In this document: positions 11,918-22,464 of the stretch, one piece after another
Numbering within the stretch: position 1 is the stretch's first letter
Layout: the number at the start of each line of letters is the position of its first letter
Source: Planktothrix sp. GU0601_MAG3
GTDB lineage: Bacteria; Cyanobacteriota; Cyanobacteriia; Cyanobacteriales; Microcoleaceae
Reading direction: 5' to 3'
Assembly (NCBI GenBank): GCA_035193785.1
Contig: CP136572.1
Location: 3,540,578 to 3,604,577 of the forward strand
Length of the DNA: 64,000 nt
Position numbers and translations under genes: made by a program
The notes under the pieces: model-generated
Databases searched by the model: none
Seen by the model: the letters and a program-made list of their open reading frames with translations, nothing else
What the model was told of the DNA's origin: nothing

Positions 11918-13096
11918 TTATTTTCTCAAGGAAGATTGTAGCTGAGATTTTAGGGGTTGATCGGGAATAATATCTAATCCCAAATGAGCCAAATTTTGGC
12001 TAGGGTCATCGTTTTTTTTCTGAGGCAATGGGGCAGAAGAATTAGGCCAAAGCAACCAACGACTTCCCTGGGGCAATTTTTTCAAAGATTCGGGATTTTG
12101 AGTTAACCAAATTATCGGGAATTTAGGGAGATTTTCCCTAACCTTATCTTCCCCACACAGAACATCCGCCAAGGTATAAAGCACCACTCGATTACCAGAA
12201 ACCAGTCCGGTTTTTGCCGTCCATAACTGCACATTTAATTGACTGTGAGAGGCATAAAAATATAAAGAAGCGGCGGCGATTACAGCTTGCTCAAAATCAT
12301 CGGGTTGCCAGAAAAAAGCACTATCTAAACCAATAATAACTTCTTGACCCCCGTTAGAAGTTTCCAATTCCCTGACCCGTAATTCTCCATAACGGGCACT
12401 AGAACGCCAATGAATTAAACGGGTGGCATCGCCATAACGATAGGGTCTTAAAGTGCGGGTAATGCCTTCTGTTGCTATTTGAAACTGACGATTTTCATAG
12501 ACATTCGGGTTATAATCCTGTCCCATTTCATCAATGATCGGACAGTTAGTTAAGGGCAAAACTAACGGATAAACAATCGCCGTTGCTGGGGCTTCTCGTT
12601 CCCGACTACACCAAAATAATCCTAGGGGTGTGGCGGTTCTTAATTGTACTCCCAGCCAATGATAAATGCCGCGTTTTTGGGTAGGAATATAAGTTACCCA
12701 TTGACGAGATTGATGGGGCGGTAAATGTTCAATAACCGTGGTAGATTTTCCTAAACTGGGGGGCAATAAATCCCGAACTTGAATCAGCGTTCTCGGTTGA
12801 TGGCTAGAATTTTCAATTGTTAATTCCAGGGTTAAATCATCTCCCACACTTACGGGGTGAATGGTTTCTCGTTTGATTTTTAGGGCTAATAGGGAACGTT
12901 GGGGTAAAATTACGGCGATCGCTAATAAAGCAAAACTAATTCCACTAATCACATATAACCATCCCGCCATTGTATTAGTAGCGGAGCCAAAGAAAAAGAT
13001 AGAGAGTCCCATTAGTAATCCACCACTATAAGCAGGAGTTACTGCATGAGATTCTAACCAACGTTGCAATTTAAACCGATTTTTTTTCATGTTCAA
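11918..13096 (-). CDS. DUF58 domain protein
   Basis: N-terminal TMs, PLGLF, LRPYRYGD..RLIHWRSSARYGELRVRE. Confidence 0.9.
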   Translation of the reverse strand: MNMKKNRFKLQRWLESHAVTPAYSGGLLMGLSIFFFGSATNTMAGWLYVISGISFALLAIAVILPQRSLLALKIKRETIHPVSVGDDLTLELTIENSSHQPRTLIQVRDLLPPSLGKSTTVIEHLPPHQSRQWVTYIPTQKRGIYHWLGVQLRTATPLGLFWCSREREAPATAIVYPLVLPLTNCPIIDEMGQDYNPNVYENRQFQIATEGITRTLRPYRYGDATRLIHWRSSARYGELRVRELETSNGGQEVIIGLDSAFFWQPDDFEQAVIAAASLYFYASHSQLNVQLWTAKTGLVSGNRVVLYTLADVLCGEDKVRENLPKFPIIWLTQNPESLKKLPQGSRWLLWPNSSAPLPQKKNDDPSQNLAHLGLDIIPDQPLKSQLQSSLRK

Positions 13097-13219
13097 AGGA
13101 AATTGAAGACAAATAAAGATAAATTTTGGGTTACGAAATTTTTACAAAGCCTACGGGGGAGGAATATATTCTTTATAATTCAGTTAATGCCAAACTGCGT
13201 TGAAGTCAGCCTAATAACC

Positions 13220-14427
13220 ATGACCAATTCCGCTTCCCCCAAGCCCATCCCCAAAATGCCTCCCCCCCCTAGTGGGTTGGAGCCTGCATCTGTTGCTATC
13301 AATCCTGGATCTTCGATCAAAATGATGGTTAAGGATGCCTATAGCAAAAAAGCCTCAGATATTCATATTCGGGTCGGACATACACCCCGATTTAGGATTC
13401 AGGGTCAAATGACCAGAGCCAAGGATCAGCCTAAAGTCACTCCCGAACTATTTGAACATTATTTAGAGGAAGTTCTGACTCCCCATCAACGTCAACAGTT
13501 TGCGGACACGAAGGAACTAGACACAGCCGTATTTTATCCTGGGTTAGTGCGCTGTCGGGTGAATTGTTTTGATTCCCTGACCGGGGGCGCGATGGTTTTA
13601 CGTTTAATTCATTTGCAAATTCCCTCCATTGATGAGTTAGCGTTACCCCCAGTGCTGAAAAATATTATTAGTTTTCTCCCCAGGGTTTAATCTTAATCAC
13701 CGGGCCAACGGGTTCGGGGAAATCCACAACCCTAGCGGCGATGATTCGTCACCTGAATGAAACGGCGAAAAAGCATATTGTCACCATTGAAGACCCGATT
13801 GAATTTGTCCATCCCTCGAAGATGTGTTTGATTAGTCAACGGGAAGTTGGCCTACATACCCTAGAATTCAATAACGCCTTACGCGCAGTTTTGAGGGAAG
13901 ATCCCGATGTGATTTTAATTGGGGAAATGCGCGATCGCACCACCGTTAATACGGCCCTACAAGCCTCTCAAACGGGTCACTTAGTTTTAGGAACTCTCCA
14001 TACCCGCAATGCTTTAAATGCCGTTAATCGTCTGTTAAACCTATTTAATGTAGACGAACAACCGGCGGTACGGATTCAGATTTGTGATTCCTTGGTGGCG
14101 GTGATTGCTCAATTATTAGTTCCCACCGTAGATAATAAAAGGGCGGCGGTTCACGATGTTTTGGTGAATACCCCAGCCATGCGAGATTATCTCCTCAAAG
14201 GCGATGAGGAAAACGCCCTACAGTTAATGGAATCCGATACTTACGAGGGAATGCAACTGATTAACCAAGCCCTATTTGAACAGGTAATTGCCGCCCGGGT
14301 TACCATGGAAGAAGCCGAAAAAACCTCTCCCGACCCCACGGACTTAGACCGTCGCTTCCGTATTGCTGGGATCGACAGTGGAGGTATCGCCCGCCAGTTC
14401 AAAGAAGGTAAATCCCCCTTTAGTTAG
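13220..14427 (+). CDS. pilT: Type IV pilus retraction ATPase, PilT family (apparent +2 frameshift at 13671-13676)
   Basis: ASDIHI, restored Walker A GPTGSGKST, TIEDPIE, LREDPDVILIGEMRD, TGHLVLGTLH. Confidence 0.92.
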
Positions 14428-14456
14428 AATCCTCAAGTCTGAGTGTCAAATTTTCA

Positions 14457-15062
14457 CTAATTTCTGTTTTCAGTTTCTTTTTTAATTGCCTCTAGGGTTT
14501 GTTTTAAGCTATTTTCATAAATACCATAAAATAAAGGTAGACTAGGAGTAGAACCCGGGTCAACCTTTACTTGATGCTCAATTAAAACTTGTTGAGCCGA
14601 AATCGGTTCAATTTTCCAACTTCCCTGTAAAGATTTTAAATCCCCATCAACCAGTTTAAAATCAATTTGTTTGGGATAGGTTTCTGTACTAGCAATCCGA
14701 ACCCTAGTTTGTTGTTTAAAAATAAGAGCTTGAACTTGATAAATTTGTTCAAATGTTTTCTTATTTCCTTCCGTTTTCAAGACTTTACTACTGATAACAT
14801 TAGGCAAAAACCGAAAAAAGTTATTATAATCTGTCAATACTTTCCAAGTCGTATCCGCAGAACTATTAACAACAATTTTAGCGATATATTGACCATCTTT
14901 TCCCGTTACCGTTGCTCCTTGAGGTTGACTTGCTATTAGGTTAGGATTAACCATTTCACCAATAGCTAGGGGGTTATTGAGCAAGGTTATACCTAAACCC
15001 AGGACGGAAACAAATGTTGTCAAAACTGGATTGGATTTGTGGGGAGTAGAATTAAAAGACAT
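14457..15062 (-). CDS. SRPBCC / polyketide cyclase-like protein with signal peptide
   Basis: WKVLTDYNNFFRFLPN, FKLVDGDLKSLQGSW. Confidence 0.82.
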   Translation of the reverse strand: MSFNSTPHKSNPVLTTFVSVLGLGITLLNNPLAIGEMVNPNLIASQPQGATVTGKDGQYIAKIVVNSSADTTWKVLTDYNNFFRFLPNVISSKVLKTEGNKKTFEQIYQVQALIFKQQTRVRIASTETYPKQIDFKLVDGDLKSLQGSWKIEPISAQQVLIEHQVKVDPGSTPSLPLFYGIYENSLKQTLEAIKKETENRN

Positions 15063-15162
15063 TGGTATTTTAAATTAGTTATTGAGGAGAGACGCAAAAT
15101 TCTACGTTTCCACAGGTTGTGTTTATTGTAGCAGAAAAACATCAATAAAACCATTATATTTT

Positions 15163-15284
15163 CCCCATTCGTAGTAAGCCCTTCAGGGCTTTCATCCCCA
15201 TTCGTAGTAAGCCCTTCAGGGCTTTCATCCCCATTTGTAGTAAGCCCTTCAGGGCTTTTCTGAGGGCTGAAGCCCTCACTACGA
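15163..15284 (+). repeat. REP-like array: three 33-bp direct units plus one inverted REP
   Basis: CCCCATTCGTAGTAAGCCCTTCAGGGCTTTCAT at 15163, 15196 and 15229, then AGGGCTGAAGCCCTCACTACG; GTAG foot followed by a palindrome. Confidence 0.85.
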
Positions 15285-15286
15285 GA

Positions 15287-15478
15287 TCAAGGTCTAAGAA
15301 TCCGGTGCATATCTAAACTGGGGCGTTTAACAATAGTTTGGGTTAACATATCGTGAATTTGTCCGCGATGATGGGTTTGATGGTTGAAAAAGTGCATAAT
15401 TAATATATCAATCTGAAAAAAAGCTGGTCTAGTTTGTTTACGTTCTGCGTCGGTTAATTCTGCACAGGCTGAATCATA
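15287..15478 (-). pseudogene. DinB-family (damage-inducible, DinB/YfiT) remnant with internal deletion
   Basis: Minus frame YDSACAELTDAERKQTRPAFF joined in frame to QIDILIMHFFNHQTHHRGQIHDMLTQ..LDMHRILRP*; in-frame stop upstream and no start codon. Confidence 0.78.
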
Positions 15479-15525
15479 AAATTAAGGATTTGAAAGTTCA
15501 ACAGAGTCCAAATAGAGTCGATAAT

Positions 15526-15541
15526 TGTGATTTTGGTCACA
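15526..15541. promoter_or_regulatory. Perfect CRP-family binding site
   Basis: TGTGA-TTTTGG-TCACA in the intergenic region upstream of the 15709 ORF. Confidence 0.65.
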
Positions 15542-15708
15542 TTAATACTGTTTTGCGATCGCCATAGTACCTTAACCCGATCACAGATTTTAGGTTATCT
15601 CAATCACAAATTATATTCCCAGAAATCACAAATAAAGCCGATGTAAAATCACGCCCATTATGTAAAAAATCTGTAAAGATTAAAATACTGGGTTAACATC
15701 AAATATCT

Positions 15709-15918
15709 ATGGTTCCTAAAGTTCAACTCCTACAATCTGCCCTGGGTGATTTATTCGCTCAAGTGAACACCACGGGTTATTTAACCATTGCGGATCGGTA
15801 TGGACTCCTCGCAGCGATTTTAGATGAATCCCTCTCAGAAGAAGAAAGACGCTGTATTGATCGAATACTCAGAGGAGTCTCTCGCGGAAAAATCAAAATT
15901 GTGGATGAAACTCTCTAG
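15709..15918 (+). CDS. Small hypothetical protein (69 aa)
   Basis: Clean ATG-start ORF containing LTIADRYGLLAAIL..LSEEERRCIDR, resembling small cyanobacterial proteins. Confidence 0.7.
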   Translation: MVPKVQLLQSALGDLFAQVNTTGYLTIADRYGLLAAILDESLSEEERRCIDRILRGVSRGKIKIVDETL

Positions 15919-15928
15919 TTTGCGATAA

Positions 15929-16477
15929 TTAACATTTGCCTTTTTGTCCATCGGGCATAGTCGCACCACAAAAATTGGTTCCTTGTAGTTTAGCATTATT
16001 GAGATTAGCATTTAATAAATTAGCATTATTAAATTGAGCATCTTCTAAAAACGCTTGATAAAGATCAGACCAAGAAAGGTCAGCATCCTTTAAATTCGCT
16101 TTTCTTAACGTGGTGCTTAGGAGCTTTGTATCGCGTAAATCTGCCCCGGATAAATCTGCTTCAATTAAATTAGCTGAACTTAGATCCGCCCCTTTTAAAT
16201 TAGCCCCTTTGAGATTAGCTTTTTGCAAATTTGCCCCGGATAAATCTGCCCCTTCTAACTTTGCCTCTGCCAAATTAGCCTGACTTAAATCACATTGTTG
16301 ACATTGATTGGTACTAATTAATCTTTCCATATCACCTTGGCGTTCTGCTAAAACCGGAAATCCCACCCCTAAACTAATCAAACCCGTAATAATAATTAAT
16401 CGCAATTGGGGATTTATTCCACAAGTGTTGCGATAGTTTTGTCGCCGTTGAAATAATCCGAAATTGATAATTCTCAT
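15929..16477 (-). CDS. Pentapeptide repeat protein with signal peptide
   Basis: CQQCDLS followed by A(D/N)LxG repeats, ending FCGATMPDG. Confidence 0.93.
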   Translation of the reverse strand: MRIINFGLFQRRQNYRNTCGINPQLRLIIITGLISLGVGFPVLAERQGDMERLISTNQCQQCDLSQANLAEAKLEGADLSGANLQKANLKGANLKGADLSSANLIEADLSGADLRDTKLLSTTLRKANLKDADLSWSDLYQAFLEDAQFNNANLLNANLNNAKLQGTNFCGATMPDGQKGKC

Positions 16478-16553
16478 AACTTTTTAGGAAACTCAATTAA
16501 CAAAAGTACCATTATTTGCTATAATAGGATATTGTTCTGTCATTTCTAAAGCT

Positions 16554-18531
16554 ATGTCTGCGCCCGTTAGCGCTCCTGTGATTACCTCCTTTCCCTTAAC
16601 CGCAGTAATTGGACAAGGTGCCATTAAGCTCGCCCTGTTACTGGCGGCGGTTGACCCGGGTTTGGGAGGTGTGGTGATTGCCGGAAGAAGAGGAACGGCT
16701 AAATCCGTGATGGCGCGGGCATTACACGCTTTGTTACCGCCGATAGAAGTGGTGAAAGGAGCGATCGCCAACCCTGAACCCGTTGATGATACTCAACCGA
16801 CGGAAATTGTCCCCACGGCCTTTGTCCAAATTCCGTTAGGAATCACCGAAGATCGATTAGTGGGTTCGGTGGATTTAGAACAGTCGGTAAAACAGGGACA
16901 AACCGTATTTCAACCGGGACTTTTAGCCACAGCAAACCGAGGGGTTTTATATGTGGATGAAATTAATTTATTAGATGATAATATAGCCAATTTATTATTA
17001 ACAGTTCTCACCGAAGGCCGGAATGTAATTGAACGGGAAGGGATTAGTTTTGAACATCCCTGTAAACCTTTATTTATCGCTACATTTAACCCCGAAGAAG
17101 GGTCATTACGGGATCATTTATTAGATAGAATTGCGATCGCCCTATCCGCCGATGGAGTTCTCAGTTTAGATCAACGGGTGCAAGCAGTAGATCAAGTGAT
17201 GGATTATGCGAAATCACCCCAGGATTTCTTAACTCAATATAACCAAGAATTAGATGATCTAAAAACCCAGATTATTTTAGCCCGAGAATGGTTAAAAGAT
17301 GTGGTGATTACCCAGGAACAAATCTTATATTTAGTACAAGAAGCGGTGCGGGGTGGTGTCATGGGTCATCGGGCGGAATTATTTGCGGTGCGAGTGGCGA
17401 AAGCCTCCGCCGCCTTGGAGGGACGCACCACCGTCAACGCCGATGATTTACGTCGGGCGGTGGAATTAGTCATTGTTCCCCGGGCCAAAATTGTGCCACC
17501 CCCCGAACAACAGCAACAGCAACCCCCCCCACCCCCACCGCCTCAAGATCAGTCCCCGGAAGACCAGGAACAGGACGAAGACGAGGACGAGGAAGACCAG
17601 GAAGAGCAGCCCGAGGAAGAAGAAGCCACCATCCCCGAAGAATTTATTTTTGACCCGGAAGGGGTGATCTTGGATGATAGCGTCTTGTATTTTACCCAAA
17701 TGGCGAACCGCCAAGGCAAATCTGGCAGCCGTAGCGTGATTTTTTCCGATGACCGGGGGCGATACATTAAGCCCGTTTTACCCAAGGGGAAAGTCCAAAG
17801 AATTGCCGTTGATGCCACGTTACGCGCCGCCGCCCCCTATCAACAAGCCCGACGTCTGCGGGAACCGGGGCGGAAAGTGATTGTGGAACAGGGGGATATT
17901 CGGGCGAAACGGTTGGCCCGCAAGTCCGGGGCCTTAGTAGTATTTGTGGTGGATGCGTCGGGTTCCATGGCCCTAAACCGGATGCAGTCGGCAAAGGGGG
18001 CGGTGTTACAACTGTTAACGGAAGCCTACCAAAGCCGGGATCAGGTGTCCTTGATTCCCTTCCGAGGGGAACAGGCGGAGGTGTTGTTACCGCCCACCCG
18101 TTCGATTGCTGCGGCTCGAAAACGGCTAGAAACGCCTACCCTGTGGGGGTGGTTCGCCCTTAGCCCACGGGTTAACTCAGGCGGTGAGAGTCGGGGTAAA
18201 TGCTAAACAGTCCGGGGATATTGGTCAGGTGGTGATTGTGGCTATTACCGACGGACGGGGGAATATTTCTTTATCTCGGTCTTTGGGAGAACCCCAAATT
18301 GAAGGTGAAAAGCCGGATATTAAGAAGGAAATATTAGAAATTGCGGCAAAAATTCGCGGGTTAAAGATGCAATTGTTAGTGATTGATACCGAGAGTAAAT
18401 TCATTTCTACCGGGTTTGCTAAGGAGTTAGCAAAAACGGCGGGGGGGAAATATTATCATTTACCTAAAGCTACGGATCAAGCGATCGCGGCGATGACCCA
18501 AAATGCGTTAAGAGATGCGATCGGTTCTTAA
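16554..18531 (+). CDS. chlD: Magnesium chelatase subunit D (apparent frameshift at 18129-18133)
   Basis: [17 protein letters not shown], Pro/acidic linker, vWA DASGSM, restored [19 protein letters not shown]. Confidence 0.96.
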
Positions 18532-18612
18532 TATTATTAACTTGTTCCCCGTGTCTCGCGGGGGATGTTTGTTTGAGGCTCTGCCTCTCCATCAGATAAA
18601 GGAACTTCTATT

Positions 18613-19539
18613 ATGAGCTTATTTGATCGCATTAATAGATTAGTTAAAGCTAACCTTAATGATTTAACAGCACAAGCACAAGATCCTGAGAAATTTTTAA
18701 ATTCAACCCTTGCTGAAATGCAAGAAAATTTAGCGAAAATGCGTCAAGCAGTCGATCACACCACTGCTATTATAAAACGAACTGAACTACAATATCAGCA
18801 AGCTAATTCTCAAGCTAATCAATGGCATAGTGGAGCAGAATTAGCTTTAAGGAAAGGAGATGAGGATTTAGCCAAGAAAGCATTAGAACGCAAAGTTTCT
18901 GCGTTAAAAATAGCAGAAAAATCTAAAAAAATATTGGCAGAAAAAACCCATGAATTAACATTATTTAAGCAGGGTGTGGAACAATTAGAAAATAAAATTG
19001 CAGAAGTAAAAGCCAAAATTAATTATTTAAAACAACGTAAACAAAATACAGCCAACGAACAATTAGAAAATTTGATAAATGGAGTTAATACTCACAGTAC
19101 ATCAACAGCATTTGAACGGTTAGAAGAGAAAGTAAAAGAACTTGAAAAACCTACTCATAGAGATCACTCTAGTCATATCCTCAATGAACCCAAACCCAAT
19201 CAAAATCCCGAAAATATCTTAGAAACAGCTATTCAAGAAACACAAAAAATTATTGAACAATCGGTACTTAATAAAGATCATTTAAAAAAGCAATTGATTG
19301 AGCAAGAAACAACTATAAAGCTCCTTAATCAAAACCTAATAAACCTGAAAATCTTGCAGGGTAAATTAACCAATAAATCTGGTGAGATATCAACATTAAA
19401 TAGTGAAAACCAAGTTAATTCTAAACTTGATAGATTATTGGATTTTAATTCAGATATGGATGAGGAATTAGATGTGGATGAGGAATTAAAGCGATTACGG
19501 CAAGAAATCAATAAAATGCAAAGGAAAAGCCATGAGTAA
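18613..19539 (+). CDS. PspA/IM30 family protein with C-terminal extension
   Basis: MSLFDRINRLVKANLNDL..DPEK, A.LALRKGDEDLAKKALERK, AFERLEEKV, VDEELKRLR. Confidence 0.88.
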   Translation: MSLFDRINRLVKANLNDLTAQAQDPEKFLNSTLAEMQENLAKMRQAVDHTTAIIKRTELQYQQANSQANQWHSGAELALRKGDEDLAKKALERKVSALKIAEKSKKILAEKTHELTLFKQGVEQLENKIAEVKAKINYLKQRKQNTANEQLENLINGVNTHSTSTAFERLEEKVKELEKPTHRDHSSHILNEPKPNQNPENILETAIQETQKIIEQSVLNKDHLKKQLIEQETTIKLLNQNLINLKILQGKLTNKSGEISTLNSENQVNSKLDRLLDFNSDMDEELDVDEELKRLRQEINKMQRKSHE

Positions 19540-19597
19540 CAATATCAAAATTCAAGCGAGGAGTGGTAATATTTTTCAAGATCTCAGTTGTTGTTAA
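19532..19597 (+). pseudogene. N-terminal stub of an XRE/HigA-type HTH antitoxin
   Basis: MSNNIKIQARSGNIFQDL resembles the SSGNVFADLG start of HTH_37 antitoxins; stops after 21 aa. Confidence 0.5.
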
Positions 19598-19622
19598 TAT
19601 CTAAAATTAGATTATCTTGATT

Positions 19623-20725
19623 ATGCTAAAAAATATCAAAGTTAAAGGTTACAAATCAATTCAATCCTTAGAATTAGAAACTCAATAAAATTAATATTTT
19701 AATTGGGGCTAATGGGGCTGGAAAATCTAACTTGATTTCATTTTTTAAGTTATTATCGTGGATGATACAATCTCAAGGAAAATTACAACTTTTTATTGGT
19801 CAATCTGGCGGAGCTAATTCCTTACTTTTTGATGGGGTTGCCATCACACCGCAACTGGAAGCAGAGCTTAATTTTGAAACAGATTCAGGTCAAAATGATT
19901 ATTATTTAAGATTGTTTCACGCTGCATCAGATACATTAATTTTTGCAGAAGAAAAGTACAGATTTTATAGTTCTATTTTTAGTTCAGTAGCTGATTGGAA
20001 GTCTTTAGATTCTGGTCATAAAGAAGCCAAGATTATTGACCTTTTTAATCAAGGAGATTTAACAGCTAGAACTTTAGTTTCTTTAGTTCAGAATTGTAAA
20101 GTTTATCAATTTCATAATACCTCTGACACGGCTCGAATTCGGCAGAGGTGGAGTATTGAAGATAATCGTTATCTGCGGGAAGATGGAGCCAATTTAGCCT
20201 CGGTTTTGTTGAGATTAAAGGAAACTGAACCTAAATATTATCGAATTATTGTTGATACCTTAACTCAAATCGCTCCCTTTTTTGATGATTTTGTTTTGGA
20301 ACCCGTTAGTAATACTGTTATTTTACAATGGACAGAAAAAAATACCGATATTATTTTTAGTTCTCATCAAATTTCTGATGGAACTTTAAGAACAATGGCA
20401 TTAGTTACCCTACTGTTACAACCAATATCTGATTTACCGGATGTTTTAATCTTAGATGAAACCCGAATTAGGTTTACATCCCTATGCGATTAATATTATT
20501 GCGGGATTAATTCAGAGTATTTCCCACGAAGTTCAAGTTATTTTAGCGACTCAATCAGCTTTTTTAATTGATTGTTTTGCACCGGAAGATATTATTATTG
20601 TTGACCGTAAACAACGTGCTTCTGAGTTTCATCGTCTCGATCCTGAACCTTTAGAAGATTGGTTAGAAGAATATTCTTTATCGGAACTTTGGAATAAAAA
20701 TGTTTTGGGAGGAAGACCCAAGTAA
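19623..20725 (+). CDS. ABC-type AAA ATPase (AAA_21/AbiEii-like); apparent frameshifts at 19677-19681 and 20458-20462
   Basis: KGYKSI, Walker A GANGAGKSN, signature ISDGT, Walker B LILDEPELGLHP, ATQS. Confidence 0.9.
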
Positions 20726-21409
20726 TGATCCGCTTACATATTATTGCTGAAGGTCAAACGGAAGAAGAATTTATCAATACAATTTTAACAGATCATTTAG
20801 GCTATTTTAATATTAGCACTGATGTTCATTGTATGACAACAAAACGCACACGAACCGTAGTTCATCGAGGCGGTTTAGTCAGTTATGAAAAAGCAAAAAA
20901 AGATATTATTCTCTGGTTAAAACAGGATAAACATCCTGAAGCTAGATTTACAACAATGTTTGATTTATATGCTTTACCTAATGATTTTCCTGAGTTTGAG
21001 GAAGCACAGAAAATATCTGATCCTTACCAAAAAATTAAACAATTAGAAAATGCTTTATTTGAAGATATAAATGATAGTCGGTTTATTCCTTATATTCAAT
21101 TACATGAATTTGAAGCTCTGATTTTATCTGATCCAATTAAACTTGAGGAACGATTTCCAGACTATCAATCAGAGGTTAAACAATTAGTTTCCCTCTGTCA
21201 ATCTTTTGAATCTCCAGAACTCATTAATGATGGAGAACAAACGGCTCCTTCTAAACGAATTATTCAAGCTATTCCTAGTTATGAGGGTGCAAAAGTGTCT
21301 GTCGCACCTTTAATGGCTCAAAAAATTGGTTTAGAAACTATTAGGCAAAAATGTCCTCATTTTAATCAATGGATAGAAACGATTAGAAAATTTATCTCAA
21401 CCTGAATAA
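20725..21409 (+). CDS. DUF4276 family (TOPRIM-like) protein, translationally coupled to the ATPase
   Basis: TAATG overlap; IIAEGQTEEEF, TTMFDLY, PYIQLHEFEALI, PELINDG, CPHFNQW; probable extra A at 21376-21380 near the C-terminus. Confidence 0.85.
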
Positions 21410-21589
21410 TTTTTAATTTCAACCCTGTTATTACTAGAAAATAGAGATTGTAAAGTCCTCAGAAGTTAGCAAAGTCAACTGCATAAGTCCTGTAACCTTA
21501 AAATTATGTGATAATATGTAAACAAAAATGGGTTCTGGGCGGTTTTTGATGGGTCGTCCAACCCAGGCAAGTTTATGCAAAATTGAACC

Positions 21590-22135
21590 ATGAGTAGCTC
21601 CCTCAGTAAAGCGGTCTTATTTGTAGACGGCTATAACATAATTGGAATCTGGCCTCTGTTGCGACAGAAACGCGATGTTCACGATATGGAAACAGCGCGT
21701 AGGCACTTGATTGAGACTTTAGTGGACTATAGCGCTTTCGAGGGACTTGATGCCCGATTGGTATTTGATGCTCACTATCAAAATACCCCTGGCGTTAGCG
21801 AAACCATTACTCGCAATGTGTCGATTCATTATACCGGTTTTGGTCAAACCGCAGATACTTATATTGAAAAACTCTGTGCTTCTTTGGGACGTCAACTTAG
21901 GTTGTCCCAACGTCGGTTAATTGTGGCGACTTCAGACCGCGCTCAACAGTTAACCGTCACCGGCTATGGGGCTGAGTGGATGTCCGCCGAACAGTTAGCA
22001 GAAGCGGTGGAGGCTACCACCCGGCGTCGTCAGCGTCGTCATCAACCCCGGAAGCCATCTCCGACCCGTTTCTTGGCGAATTCCCTAGACGCCGAAGCCC
22101 AAAACCGTTTAGCTCGCATGAGGATGGGTTTGTAA
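21590..22135 (+). CDS. NYN domain (YacP/Rae1-like) ribonuclease
   Basis: LFVDGYNII, LVFDA, QTADTYIE, VATSD. Confidence 0.9.
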   Translation: MSSSLSKAVLFVDGYNIIGIWPLLRQKRDVHDMETARRHLIETLVDYSAFEGLDARLVFDAHYQNTPGVSETITRNVSIHYTGFGQTADTYIEKLCASLGRQLRLSQRRLIVATSDRAQQLTVTGYGAEWMSAEQLAEAVEATTRRRQRRHQPRKPSPTRFLANSLDAEAQNRLARMRMGL

Positions 22136-22198
22136 TCACTGTATCAAGAGGGTTTCAGCTTTTGCAACCAAAGTCAAAAAAAAATTCTTCAAAAAAGC

Positions 22199-22228
22199 TT
22201 GCAAAAATTCAGGATCTAGCGCTACTAT
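22199..22228 (+). promoter_or_regulatory. Sigma70-type promoter of tRNA-Asn
   Basis: TTGCAA-N18-TACTAT preceded by A-tracts, ~33 nt upstream of the tRNA. Confidence 0.6.
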
Positions 22229-22260
22229 TAGTAACTGTGGCTAAAAGAGAGACACAACGT

Positions 22261-22332
22261 TCCTCGGTAGCTCAGTGGTAGAGCGGTCGGCTGTTAACCG
22301 ATTGGTCGTAGGTTCGAATCCCACCCGAGGAG
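22261..22332 (+). tRNA. trnN: tRNA-Asn (GTT)
   Basis: Acceptor stem TCCTCGG/CCGAGGA, D arm GCTC..GAGC, anticodon loop CTGTTAA, T loop GGTTCGAATC; CCA not encoded. Confidence 0.97.
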
Positions 22333-22464
22333 TTTAACTAAATATTACTCAAATCTCAGGTTAGATTTTAACCTAATCTGAAGTTTCCGGCCAGTATCCT
22401 ACTTTTCCAATCAGAAAGGTAGGATATTGTTCTGTATATGCTCAAAACAACTTAATCCCCTAGG

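Noticed and set aside
15163..15259. 33-bp direct repeats as a CRISPR array
   Set aside because: Units are head-to-tail with no unique spacers, there are no cas genes, and the structure is REP-like.
17490..17640. Low-complexity Pro/Gln/acidic stretch and overlapping short ORFs
   Set aside because: This is the normal ChlD linker between the AAA+ and vWA domains.
22261..22430. tRNA-Asn as an island or prophage integration site
   Set aside because: No integrase nearby and no duplicated tRNA 3' end was seen in the window.
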